A DNA stretch of 43,847 bases, taken from contig CAYTNJ010000002.1 of assembly GCA_964439155.1 (NCBI GenBank), positions 1 to 43,847 of the forward strand, in the 5' to 3' direction. Below are positions 8,845-16,612 of this stretch, one piece after another. Both the position numbers and the translations under genes were made by a program. Numbering within the stretch: the stretch's first letter is position 1; every line of letters begins with the position of its first letter. Origin of the DNA: an uncultured Candidatus Peribacteria bacterium. GTDB taxonomy: Bacteria; Patescibacteriota; Gracilibacteria; Peribacterales; Peribacteraceae. The notes under the pieces are model-generated. The model saw only the letters and a list, made by a program, of their open reading frames with translations, searched no databases and had not been told where the DNA came from.

Positions 8845-9425
8845 GCTTTCGGACCGTTGATTTTATTAAAGAGCCCAGCGTAGGACCGGATCGGATCGTC
8901 GGCGTAGGATGCGCGGCTGTCGTCGCCGTCAACGTAGTAAAAAGGCGGGTCGGCGCTCTCGAAAATTATCCCCTCCGCCTTCGCGTCTTCGTGGCTGATA
9001 TCCTGAACGCGCTCGGCGCGGATATCGATGATCTCGGCCGTGGACCTGCAGGCGAAGTGTGGCATGTACATCGCTGGGAGTGTTTTCACCTTCCATCCCC
9101 ATTCGTGGATTCCGTCCTGCACCGGCGCGCTGTCGAGCTCGTAGGATACGATGCCGTCGATGGGGAACAGGGCCTCCTTAATCCAGACGTGATCACCTGG
9201 TCGGCCGTAGGGGCATTTTAGTAAATTGCGGCTATAGGTCGGGTTGTGAACGTTCGAAGGGAAAACGGTCATGCCGCGAATATCACTAACCCCCTTTATC
9301 GTTCGGCGCGTCTGGGTTTTTGTCCCTGCGTACCATGCCCTTGCCATCAGCGGCGAGAAGCCGAGCCCGGTGAGCTTTAACGTTCCTGCGGGTTTGCTGA
9401 TTTTCGATGTGGCTTTTGACTTCAA
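8793..9425 (-). CDS. ASCH/PUA-like domain protein
   Basis: LTGLGFSPLMARAWYAGTKTQTRRT ... YGRPGDHVWIKE ... VQDISHEDAKAEG fits the ASCH-domain pattern as I recall it. Confidence 0.55.
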   Translation of the reverse strand: MKSKATSKISKPAGTLKLTGLGFSPLMARAWYAGTKTQTRRTIKGVSDIRGMTVFPSNVHNPTYSRNLLKCPYGRPGDHVWIKEALFPIDGIVSYELDSAPVQDGIHEWGWKVKTLPAMYMPHFACRSTAEIIDIRAERVQDISHEDAKAEGIIFESADPPFYYVDGDDSRASYADDPIRSYAGLFNKINGPKAWSENPWVWALTLRRLT

Positions 9426-9672
9426 GGTTGGATCTCCTGCAATCGAGGGTTTGATGGTTGCCGTGATCTACCTGCCAAGGCAGCTCCGCGCCTGTGATGA
9501 AGCGGTGCAGATAGACCTTGCGGCCGTTGATATTGGCGCGCGCGTAGGGCTGCCCCGGCTGCTTGCCTTTGCCCTTCGATATGTGGACGTGCCAGTTGTA
9601 ACGCTCGACGTTCGGCGCATCCTCCGCATCGATGATCGCGACGTAGTTGCGGGTCAGCGGGATCGCCTTCAT
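9286..9672 (-). CDS. HNH homing-type endonuclease
   Basis: YLHRFITGAE...VDHGNHQTLDCRRSNLEVKSHIENQQ carries the HNH motif. ATGA overlap with the upstream gene. Confidence 0.75.
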   Translation of the reverse strand: MKAIPLTRNYVAIIDAEDAPNVERYNWHVHISKGKGKQPGQPYARANINGRKVYLHRFITGAELPWQVDHGNHQTLDCRRSNLEVKSHIENQQTRRNVKAHRARLLAADGKGMVRRDKNPDAPNDKGG

Positions 9673-9902
9673 GCGACGGCAGGCCCAGCGAGGCCGCAGC
9701 CACCTTGCTTCTCTTCAGGCGTGATGCCGGGCGGTACCGGCGTGCGCCACCGCCACGCCATGCAGGCCGAGCCGATGCAGTTGGCGTCCTTCTGCACCTC
9801 TGGGACTGGGTAACGGTTTACCGCAGCCCCACCGCTGCCAGCGTGAACACCGACCCGCGCGAACGGGCACCATTTTTCTTTTGCTTCTGACTCCGTGATC
9901 AT
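9669..9902 (-). CDS. Hypothetical Cys-containing protein (77 aa)
   Basis: KWCPFARV...CIGSACMAWRW. ATGA overlaps on both sides. Confidence 0.65.
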   Translation of the reverse strand: MITESEAKEKWCPFARVGVHAGSGGAAVNRYPVPEVQKDANCIGSACMAWRWRTPVPPGITPEEKQGGCGLAGPAVA

Positions 9903-10147
9903 TTTTTTACCTTCCGTTTGCGGCGTTTTTTGGTGGTCAACATGCCAGCGACCTGCAGGCGTTTGTCGATGGTGCTGATCGTTTTCGGCATCCCCTGAAA
10001 CCGCCAGCAGCCAAGGACGCGGTTCAGGGCTTTCAGTTCGTCGCGGATATCGAGCAGGATCGCGCGGTTGACCCGATCAGCGGTGTAACTGCTGTCGCCG
10101 CTGTCGGGGCCGTCGTTCCAATCCCTATCCTTGTTTTTGCGCGCCAT
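9899..10147 (-). CDS. Hypothetical basic protein (82 aa)
   Basis: Internal ATG (MARKNKDRDWNDG) after a G-rich SD. C-terminal KKRRKRKVKK. Confidence 0.55.
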   Translation of the reverse strand: MARKNKDRDWNDGPDSGDSSYTADRVNRAILLDIRDELKALNRVLGCWRFQGMPKTISTIDKRLQVAGMLTTKKRRKRKVKK

Positions 10148-10403
10148 GCGGCCCCCCGTTTTGAAGGTGGATCCTGCGCAGGCGTTTGATCTCCTTCTCC
10201 AGCAGGGCAATCCACCGCTTTTCCAGCGCGCGGTTCTCGACCGACAAGGCCCCAGCGCAGAGGCATTGCAGCGTGATCATGTATTCGCCGGTGTTCAGGT
10301 CGAGGGTCTGGAACGCGGCGACGGCGGCCTTGATGGCCTCCTTCACTTTTACGTTGCTGTCGGAATCGGTCGGCAGCGGTTCGGAGCTGATGATCTGGTT
10401 CAA
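10125..10403 (-). CDS. Hypothetical protein (92 aa)
   Basis: TTG start preceded by AAGGAGG-N5. Confidence 0.6.
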   Translation of the reverse strand: MNQIISSEPLPTDSDSNVKVKEAIKAAVAAFQTLDLNTGEYMITLQCLCAGALSVENRALEKRWIALLEKEIKRLRRIHLQNGGPHGAQKQG

Positions 10404-10694
10404 TCACGCCTCCTTGCGGGCTTTTTTGATCAGGTCCGCGATCTGCTTTTTGCTGTTGGTCACGTTGTACACGCGGCCCTGCATTTCGATCACGGTGATC
10501 TTGTGTCTTTTCCGGTCGGCCAGATACGTCTCGCGCTCGAACACGAGGAATGTATCCGCGTCGGAAATGTATAGATCCGCCGACACCTCGCGCAACTCAA
10601 TGACCGGGCTGCGGCTGTCGTGGTCGAGGATCTTGCGGCCCTCGTCGTCGGTCTTTTCTTCTGTGACCAGCAGGCTAACTGTGATTTTCGTCAA
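10404..10694 (-). CDS. Hypothetical protein (96 aa)
   Basis: TTG start preceded by AGGAG-N6. Confidence 0.6.
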   Translation of the reverse strand: MTKITVSLLVTEEKTDDEGRKILDHDSRSPVIELREVSADLYISDADTFLVFERETYLADRKRHKITVIEMQGRVYNVTNSKKQIADLIKKARKEA

Positions 10695-10703
10695 GGCTAT
10701 CTC

Positions 10704-11384
10704 CTATGCTTTGGTTGTTAATTTTTTAACGGCTTCGTTCAGGTACGCTTCGACCTCTTCGGCAACGGCTGCGCTCTCGGCCGCGACCTCCTTGATGAAC
10801 TCGGCGTTCAGGTCAAGGAAGGCTTGGCAATGCGCCGGTTCGGTCAGCTTGTCGATGATCAGGATCGCCTGTTCTTTCCACGCATCCAGCGTCGGGAATT
10901 TGCCCGTCTGCTTGCTGGTTTTAAGGGTGAACACGCGCTCCGGTTCCTTGTCGGTGATCACGTCGGCCACCGCTTCAGCGGCCGCAGCTTTCGCCTTCAG
11001 CGGCTGCACGGTGTAGGGCTTGCGCACCTTCTGTGACTCGGTCAGCGAAAATGTCTGCGCCTCCTTCATGTGGCTCATGTGGGTAATGCGCAGGCCGCCA
11101 ACCTTGATGCCGCCGAACTTCACCTCGGGGTCGCGCACGAGCGTCATTGCTTTGCCGATGTAGTCTTTGCCGTTTTCGCCCCAGACGAACACCAGCACGC
11201 GGCGCATGCTCTTGCAGGGTCTAAATGGCTTGCCGTTGTCGCCTTTGAAGAAGATCGCGATGGGCTGTTCACCGGCCACGCCTTTTACGTCTGTCACTTC
11301 AATGGTCAGGGATGGCTTTCCGATCAGGTCGTCGGCGTTCAGCTGGTCGCTTTTCGGTGCGATGGTTTTTGAAACGTCCACCAT
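10704..11384 (-). CDS. Conserved phage protein of unknown function (226 aa)
   Basis: AAGGAG RBS. The N-terminal 130 aa (SDQLNADDLIGKPSLTIEV...GKAMTLVRDPEVKFGGIKVGGLRI) resemble a widespread phage family of unknown role (recalled). The C-terminus is Ala/Glu-rich and helical. Confidence 0.7.
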   Translation of the reverse strand: MVDVSKTIAPKSDQLNADDLIGKPSLTIEVTDVKGVAGEQPIAIFFKGDNGKPFRPCKSMRRVLVFVWGENGKDYIGKAMTLVRDPEVKFGGIKVGGLRITHMSHMKEAQTFSLTESQKVRKPYTVQPLKAKAAAAEAVADVITDKEPERVFTLKTSKQTGKFPTLDAWKEQAILIIDKLTEPAHCQAFLDLNAEFIKEVAAESAAVAEEVEAYLNEAVKKLTTKA

Positions 11385-11565
11385 GTTTTTTACTCCTTAA
11401 AAATTTGTGCCGTACTCTCCGTGCTGTCACGCGCTCCCTGTGGGGGGTGTGGCCTAGCGTTGCGGCCCCGACAATTCATGTCGGCTATGCTGACATTCCT
11501 GCCAACCTCTACCAGTTGTTAAGTCCCGTCGCCGGTATCGCCTGACGTATCCCCCTTACGGGATT

Positions 11566-12273
11566 CTATGCAGCTTCCGCCTCCACGATGATATCGGCAT
11601 TCATGGCAGCAGGGCGGCGGATGGTCGGGATCAGGCGGGGGCCGAGGATCACCACCTGGTCGTGGTACTGCTGGATCTTTTCCTCCAACTTTTTGTGGAA
11701 GATGGTCGCGGCGGTCAGGATAGCGCCCTGCACCTCGGGGTCAGGGTAGATCCGCTTCGTGAACATCGGCATGCCACCGCAGTAGGATACGAAGTCCACC
11801 CACTTGCGTTCGGTCACCAGCAGGGCGGTCTGCACCTGCAGGCGGAAATCGACGTCCATTTCGTCGCTGGTGATCGTGTCGAACTGGAATTTTTGCGCGC
11901 GTGACTTGCCTTCGATCTGGCCGTCCTCGCCAACCAGCCCGTCGGGCGACACGCCAAGGGTGAAGCCCCATTTATCGTTGGTCACGAAACCGACCTGTTT
12001 AACCGGCGCATAATTCTCCGAATAGATTTTGCGGATCTCTTCCTCGTCTTCTTTGCCGCGCAGCATCTGGTCGGATACATACGTGGGCTCGACGTAGTTG
12101 GTGATGCGCTGGGCAGCCAGTTCGTAAAGGTGCGTGCGCTCCTTTTCGCTGTTCGAGTATTCCAGCTTTTTCGGGGTGATGATTTTGTCCATTTCGCTCG
12201 CGGTCAGAAGGCCGCAGCGCGCTGCGTACCATTCGTCGGTGCCTTGGACCAGTTCGTCAAAATATTTAATCAC
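11566..12273 (-). CDS. YqaJ-type (lambda Exo-like, PD-(D/E)xK) recombination exonuclease
   Basis: GTDEWYAARCGLLTASEM at the N-terminus, then GVSPDGLV and EGKS, typical of YqaJ viral recombinase domains. Confidence 0.8.
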   Translation of the reverse strand: MIKYFDELVQGTDEWYAARCGLLTASEMDKIITPKKLEYSNSEKERTHLYELAAQRITNYVEPTYVSDQMLRGKEDEEEIRKIYSENYAPVKQVGFVTNDKWGFTLGVSPDGLVGEDGQIEGKSRAQKFQFDTITSDEMDVDFRLQVQTALLVTERKWVDFVSYCGGMPMFTKRIYPDPEVQGAILTAATIFHKKLEEKIQQYHDQVVILGPRLIPTIRRPAAMNADIIVEAEAA

Positions 12274-12296
12274 GTCTTTCTCCTTGGGTTGGTGGT

Positions 12297-12476
12297 TTAA
12301 ATTTTGGTGACGATCAGCACGTCGACTCTTGCCGCGCGAAGACCGGCGGGCGTGCTGATATCGCCCTCGTCCGATACATGGACTATTTTGCCTTCGCCCT
12401 GCACAATATTTTTAATCTTTTCTGCGAGGGTGCTTTTCCCGCTGCCCTGCGGGCCGGTGATGGTAACGGTGATCAT
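12297..12476 (-). CDS. 59-aa P-loop mini-protein (not in the ORF track, below the 60-aa cut-off)
   Basis: Hand translation gives MITVTITGPQGSGKSTLAEKIKNIVQGEGKIVHVSDEGDISTPAGLRAARVDVLIVTKI. It has a Walker A (GPQGSGKST) and a Walker B-like IVHVSDE. AGGAGG lies 4 nt before the ATG. It fills an otherwise empty 214-nt gap. Confidence 0.7.
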   Translation of the reverse strand: MITVTITGPQGSGKSTLAEKIKNIVQGEGKIVHVSDEGDISTPAGLRAARVDVLIVTKI

Positions 12477-12487
12477 GGTTCCTCCTG

Positions 12488-13894
12488 TTAATAAGCGATG
12501 GTGGTGTGCGGGATCTCACCCTTGGCGAGGGCGATGGTCAGCCACTTGCCGAGGGAGGTTTCGTTTTTCGGGTCGCCTTCGGGCTGCGTGTTGAACGCGC
12601 CGATTGCCTTATTGATGGCCGTGGCAACATCCCCGTTTATTTTCGCCGCGTGCTTTTTATTCGCCTCGCGTTTCGCGGCCGCTGCGTCCTCGGCCGCCTT
12701 GGCATCGTCCTGCCGTTTCTTCTCGGCGGCCGTTGCCTTCGCGGCAGCATCATCCTGCGCCTTCTTCTGCGCGGCCGCAGCCTCGGCGGCCTTTTCGGCA
12801 TCGTATTTCTTGCGCTGGTCCATCAGCAGGGCAAGGCCGAGGTTAACGGAGAGGGCGGCCTTCACAGCGTCGGGCTTGAACTCTTCCCAGTCCATCGCCT
12901 CGAAGTCAGGCAGGCGCGAGAGGCGGCCGTTGATAACCTCCTGCGTTGGGATATCGTCGGCCCCGGCGAATGTACCGAGGGCCTTCAGCTGGTCAAGGGC
13001 GCGAACGTGGGCGGCCTTGCGCTGCTGGTCGGCGCGTTCCTCCGCATGTTTGCGCGCCTCATCAGCGGCCCGCTTTTCAGCCTCTGCGGCCGCCACGCGG
13101 GCCTGCTCGTCACGCAGGGCCTTCTCGGCGTGGGCCTCGGCCCATTCGAGGTCGTAACGCGCCTCGGCCGCGCGGTGCGCTTCTGCAAGGGCCGCTTTTT
13201 CCCGTTCATCCTTCCGGGCCTTCTCGGCCGCTTCGTTAGCGATACGGTCCTGCTCCGCCTTCAGGTCGGCGGCAGCTTTCTGGGCGCGCAGCTGTTCAAG
13301 CTCTGCCTGATCCGCCTCTTGTTTCTGGCGGGCGGCAAGCTGGGTCGAAAGGGTGGCCTGCGCGCCGTTAATAGCGAGGTTGGCTTGGTGCACGAACTCC
13401 TGCCAGTTCACCCCGTCAAATTGTTTCAGGCCGTTGATGCGGGCCTGCACGTCCGCGCTGGTGGGGTCGCCTTTCGCGGGGTCGAAAACCAGCAGCGCGG
13501 AAATCGCCTGAAGGCGGTCTTGGTGTTCCTTGACGCGGGTCTTTTCTTTTTCCTCGAAGTCGGTCAGGTCCTTGCGGATCTCGGCCTGCAGGTTGGTGAT
13601 GAATTCGACACCGCGATCACGCTCGGCATTGATCGCCTTCGTCTGTTTTTTCATTTCTTCGGTCAGGCCGTCGGCCATTTCCTTGAGAGGCGCCTTGCTG
13701 CGCGCCAGCTCGTATGCGACGGACCGGATGCCGTCGCGGCCGGCTTCGGTCGTGATATCGTATCCCGCGACCGCTTTGCGCGCCTTCTGTTCAAGTTCTT
13801 TCAGGTACGGATCCAGCCCCGCCTCGGTGGTGAACACCGTGAGGACCTGTTCTTGCTTAACTTCGATTAACGCCAGTTGAGAGGCCATTATCAT
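12488..13894 (-). CDS. Coiled-coil Ala/Glu/Lys-rich protein, DUF1351-like
   Basis: The N-terminal 130 aa have the layout I recall for DUF1351 proteins of siphovirus recombination modules. The centre is a long AEKARKDE-type coiled coil. ATGA overlap upstream. Confidence 0.55.
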   Translation of the reverse strand: MIMASQLALIEVKQEQVLTVFTTEAGLDPYLKELEQKARKAVAGYDITTEAGRDGIRSVAYELARSKAPLKEMADGLTEEMKKQTKAINAERDRGVEFITNLQAEIRKDLTDFEEKEKTRVKEHQDRLQAISALLVFDPAKGDPTSADVQARINGLKQFDGVNWQEFVHQANLAINGAQATLSTQLAARQKQEADQAELEQLRAQKAAADLKAEQDRIANEAAEKARKDEREKAALAEAHRAAEARYDLEWAEAHAEKALRDEQARVAAAEAEKRAADEARKHAEERADQQRKAAHVRALDQLKALGTFAGADDIPTQEVINGRLSRLPDFEAMDWEEFKPDAVKAALSVNLGLALLMDQRKKYDAEKAAEAAAAQKKAQDDAAAKATAAEKKRQDDAKAAEDAAAAKREANKKHAAKINGDVATAINKAIGAFNTQPEGDPKNETSLGKWLTIALAKGEIPHTTIAY

Positions 13895-14118
13895 TTCTCC
13901 TGTTTGAGGTGGGGGAATTTACGGTCGAAATCGCGGCGCGCTTTATAAGCCTCGAATTCAGGGTCGGAAACTTCGCACACCTGCGGCTCCTGCAGGCGGC
14001 GCGCGGCATCTTTCAGCGCGTGATAGGTCAGCAGGCCGCACCACATATTCATGACCAGCAGCCAGATAATGATCACGTCCTTCCACTCTTCCGGGGTGTC
14101 GGGGAGGGGCTTTTTCAT
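13891..14118 (-). CDS. Small membrane protein (75 aa)
   Basis: TMD VIIIWLLVMNMWCGLLTY. ATGA overlaps on both sides. Confidence 0.65.
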   Translation of the reverse strand: MKKPLPDTPEEWKDVIIIWLLVMNMWCGLLTYHALKDAARRLQEPQVCEVSDPEFEAYKARRDFDRKFPHLKQEK

Positions 14119-14423
14119 GCGATTGACTCCATATCCACGAACGGCAGGTTGTGATCAACCAGCTGGCTCGAAAAGGCGAACGCCTTGGTGGTGTTGGAGA
14201 GGGCGTTCATATCTTCATGCAGGTGGATCGCGTTGGTGATATCGTCCTGCACCCCCAGCAGCTCGCGCGAAAGTTCGACCGGGTACTGATGCTGCTGGCC
14301 GACGTGGAACCGCTTCTTTTTCGTGCGCGCCACCTGGTCGGCGTGCTCGGTATAGCATTCCTGAACCAGCTGGCGGATCAGCAGCAGCCGTTCGTATAGG
14401 GTCTTCGCTTCATGCGCGATCAT
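14115..14423 (-). CDS. Hypothetical protein (102 aa)
   Basis: Coupled ORF in the early operon. Confidence 0.6.
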   Translation of the reverse strand: MIAHEAKTLYERLLLIRQLVQECYTEHADQVARTKKKRFHVGQQHQYPVELSRELLGVQDDITNAIHLHEDMNALSNTTKAFAFSSQLVDHNLPFVDMESIA

Positions 14424-14601
14424 TGACGAGCTCCGCGAATTGTTCGATCAGCGGCCGATGCTCTGGCATCGGTGCGACTGGCTGTCGGCTGCTTTCGTCG
14501 GCACGTTCCTCCCGCGCGAAGGCGTGGAAGTCAGGCCACACGATATCCGCGCGGCCGTAGGTTGACGTTTTGCTGCCGGGCGTCGGTTTAATTGCGGGCA
14601 T
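14410..14601 (-). CDS. Hypothetical protein (63 aa)
   Basis: Coupled ORF with 14-nt overlaps on both sides. Confidence 0.5.
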   Translation of the reverse strand: MPAIKPTPGSKTSTYGRADIVWPDFHAFAREERADESSRQPVAPMPEHRPLIEQFAELVNDRA

Positions 14602-14944
14602 TCAAAGCCTCCTGTGCTTTCGCGGGTTCCACCATCTTGCCGTTCAGGCAGTATTTGCCGGTGCTGGGCCACCACTCGACGCGGTTGGCCCCGACGACCT
14701 TGCGGAAGTGGTGCGGTGATAGCTGGGTCCATCCGTTCAGGTCAGCGGCCGCAAGGGCATCACGACGCTTCTGTGCGCGGCGATTCTTATTGCGTTTGCG
14801 GCGCGCGCGTTTGGCGGGAGTCATACGGCGGTGCTGGTCGCTGCCTTCGCAGCAGGATACGGGATAGCCGTCGCCGTCGCCAAGGTACTCGCCGCAACGC
14901 TGGCACATCTGCCCGCTTAACATCATTTCTGCGATCTCACCCAC
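14588..14944 (-). CDS. Zinc-ribbon protein with basic linker (118 aa)
   Basis: GTG start with AGGAGG-N6. Contains CQRCGEY...SCCEG followed by KRARRKRNKNRRAQKRR. Confidence 0.55.
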   Translation of the reverse strand: MGEIAEMMLSGQMCQRCGEYLGDGDGYPVSCCEGSDQHRRMTPAKRARRKRNKNRRAQKRRDALAAADLNGWTQLSPHHFRKVVGANRVEWWPSTGKYCLNGKMVEPAKAQEALNARN

Positions 14945-15257
14945 GAGGCACCTCCTGCTCGGAAGAGGCAGGGGTTGCATCTCCCCCTGCCTCCCTTTTT
15001 CCCGAGCCATCAGGAAACTGTTTGTCGCGGCATTCGCTGAGGACAGTCGCTAGGTCCTCGGCATCGGCGCGCGTGTCCGCATCATAGAGCGCGGTGTAGT
15101 TGATCTGGCCCGGCACCGCCGTGCTGCAGTACCCAAAGACGGTGTAATATTCCGCCTCTTCATCTGGCACATGGTCAACGGTCACGTCCCCGCCGTGTAA
15201 AACGAATTCAGCGACACCGTGAACCAGTAACCCGTCAAAAGCTGTAAAATCCCGCAT
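14937..15257 (-). CDS. Acidic hypothetical protein (106 aa)
   Basis: Coupled ORF, rich in Asp/Glu. Confidence 0.6.
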   Translation of the reverse strand: MRDFTAFDGLLVHGVAEFVLHGGDVTVDHVPDEEAEYYTVFGYCSTAVPGQINYTALYDADTRADAEDLATVLSECRDKQFPDGSGKREAGGDATPASSEQEVPRG

Positions 15258-15469
15258 CAGCGTTTCCCCCTTTTTGCCGCGCGCGCCTTGGCGATATCGA
15301 TCACGTTCTCGACCGCAGTCAAAGGGCGCGCTGGCTCGAACACCAGACCGGCGTTATCAAATTGGCGCAGGGTGAGATGCCCGTACCAGCGCATGATATA
15401 CGTCCATACCTGCTGTCGGGTGCCGGATGCGAGGATGCGGCCTTTTTGGGTGAGTTGGTGGGTGGTCAT
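15257..15469 (-). CDS. Hypothetical protein (70 aa)
   Basis: ATGA overlap with the upstream gene. Confidence 0.6.
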   Translation of the reverse strand: MTTHQLTQKGRILASGTRQQVWTYIMRWYGHLTLRQFDNAGLVFEPARPLTAVENVIDIAKARAAKRGKR

Positions 15470-15738
15470 TTTACACCTGCCATTCTGATTGCTGATTCCA
15501 GAATATCAATTCTCTTCTGGGTATATGTGGAGGCGGGGGAGCCGGGCAAAAGTTTTTTCTTTCGTGCACGTTCCGCCTTCAGGCACGTCTGTATGGCGTA
15601 GACCATGAAATCGTGGCAAGCCACCGCCCGCCCAATAAAAGCTGCTGTTTCTGGCGTGTCGCATAAAGCAACGGTCTGAAAGTTACTGCCGAATTTTCTG
15701 GCTTTAACTGCGTTGTTCTCGATTTTTATGTTGGTCAT
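15466..15738 (-). CDS. Hypothetical protein (90 aa)
   Basis: Internal ATG giving a TAATG overlap with the upstream gene. The track ORF was trimmed. Confidence 0.55.
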   Translation of the reverse strand: MTNIKIENNAVKARKFGSNFQTVALCDTPETAAFIGRAVACHDFMVYAIQTCLKAERARKKKLLPGSPASTYTQKRIDILESAIRMAGVK

Positions 15739-16040
15739 TATTCGGCCTCCGCTTTGGCGAGCAGCGCATAGGCTTGTTTCAAAATGTCGGCGGGTACAGA
15801 GCATTCCCCCTGCTCATGAGCAAGGATTACTTGCCCGACAAAAGTTATCAACCCCTCGCGCTCGTTCACGGCCTTGACGATTAGGGCGGCGTTGGCTGCT
15901 TTTTCGTCTTGGCTACCGCCCAAAACATTACATATCAGGTCTTCGATTTTTTCGCCTGAAACGTAATAGTTTGAGTTTTTACCATTAAGGCAGGTGTATC
16001 TATGTTTCCAAGGCGTAGGCGTGTGCTGTGATTTGGTCAT
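15738..16040 (-). CDS. Hypothetical protein (100 aa)
   Basis: MTKSQHTPTPWKH... The region is AT-richer than its neighbours. Confidence 0.6.
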   Translation of the reverse strand: MTKSQHTPTPWKHRYTCLNGKNSNYYVSGEKIEDLICNVLGGSQDEKAANAALIVKAVNEREGLITFVGQVILAHEQGECSVPADILKQAYALLAKAEAE

Positions 16041-16041
16041 G

Positions 16042-16146
16042 TTATTTCACCCCGAAAATAAATCTGTTGAAATGTTTTCTGTGGAGCGTGCCTTCCATCC
16101 TGTCGATGGCGGCAGCGTTAAAGGACCATCTGAAATCGCGTTTCAT
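16042..16146 (-). CDS. Micro-ORF (34 aa), alternative to track ORF 16042..16347
   Basis: ATGA-coupled to the 46-aa ORF upstream. Encodes MKRDFRWSFNAAAIDRMEGTLHRKHFNRFIFGVK. Confidence 0.35.
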   Translation of the reverse strand: MKRDFRWSFNAAAIDRMEGTLHRKHFNRFIFGVK

Positions 16147-16283
16147 GCTGCCCTCCGCTGCGGCTGGGGCTCTTGGTGCTTCGGGCGCAGGTCCTCGGGT
16201 CGCAGGGCGTATCCGCGCAGGATACGTTCCTCCTGCGGGTTCTTGCCAAAAAGGCGGTCGTGTTCTGTTTCCCAAATTTGCAT
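16143..16283 (-). CDS. Micro-ORF (46 aa), probable first gene of the middle operon
   Basis: ATG with AGGAG 8 nt upstream. Encodes MQIWETEHDRLFGKNPQEERILRGYALRPEDLRPKHQEPQPQRRAA with GC-rich third positions. The overlapping 101-aa track ORF has a TTG start and uses many rare AGA/CGA/GGA/ATA codons. Confidence 0.45.
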   Translation of the reverse strand: MQIWETEHDRLFGKNPQEERILRGYALRPEDLRPKHQEPQPQRRAA

Positions 16284-16357
16284 GGTGGAATCTCCTGATG
16301 ATGTTGGCTCGGTACGCAAAATGATTCGAATCGTCCTGCCCTTTCAAACTACCATTT

Positions 16358-16378
16358 TAGGGTTGTAATGCAACCCTA
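16358..16378. promoter_or_regulatory. Palindromic operator candidate TAGGGTTG-taatg-CAACCCTA in a divergent promoter region
   Basis: Perfect 8-bp inverted repeat, read directly. It lies between the minus-strand middle operon and the plus-strand HTH gene and overlaps a possible TTGTAA-N18-AAGAAT promoter. Confidence 0.5.
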
Positions 16379-16399
16379 TTCCCGATAAGAATATTGCTC

Positions 16400-16612
16400 A
16401 TGAAAAAACTTATCACCCGAATCAGAGCATTTTCCAAACAGCCCGGCTGGTCGCCCCACGCGCTCGCCGTCGCTGCGGGGATTTCACCGTGGACGCTGCG
16501 CGATATGCATCAGCCCGACTGGAACCCCACCAAAAAAACGCTGGAGGCGTGCGAGAGGTTTATTAACACCCATCAAAAGGAGCTTAAAAATGGGAAGACG
16601 AAAAAAGCCTGA
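16400..16612 (+). CDS. Small helix-turn-helix regulator (70 aa)
   Basis: WSPHALAVAAGISPWTLRDM is an HTH-like segment. ATG at 16400; the track start at 16394 is TTG. Confidence 0.6.
   Translation: MKKLITRIRAFSKQPGWSPHALAVAAGISPWTLRDMHQPDWNPTKKTLEACERFINTHQKELKNGKTKKA

Noticed and set aside
11478-11500. Sigma54-like TGGCAG-N5-TCAGCA on the minus strand in the 181-nt gap
   Set aside because: The GG-to-GC spacing is off by one and the -12 element is a poor match to TTGCW. No activator gene is present.
12506-13870. 454-aa plus-strand ORF exactly antisense to the 468-aa coiled-coil gene
   Set aside because: The sense gene is built from GCN, GAR and AAR codons, whose complement lacks stops. The antisense product is Leu/Arg/Gly/Phe junk. 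The sense frame has an ATGA-coupled start and a structured N-terminal domain.
16042-16347. 101-aa track ORF at the head of the middle operon
   Set aside because: It has a TTG start without an SD. Its central RPPFWQEPAGGTYPARIRPATRGPAPEAPRAPAAA reads as out-of-frame GC-rich translation with many rare codons. Two ATGA-coupled micro-ORFs with a proper AGGAG RBS explain the region better, though confidence is only moderate.
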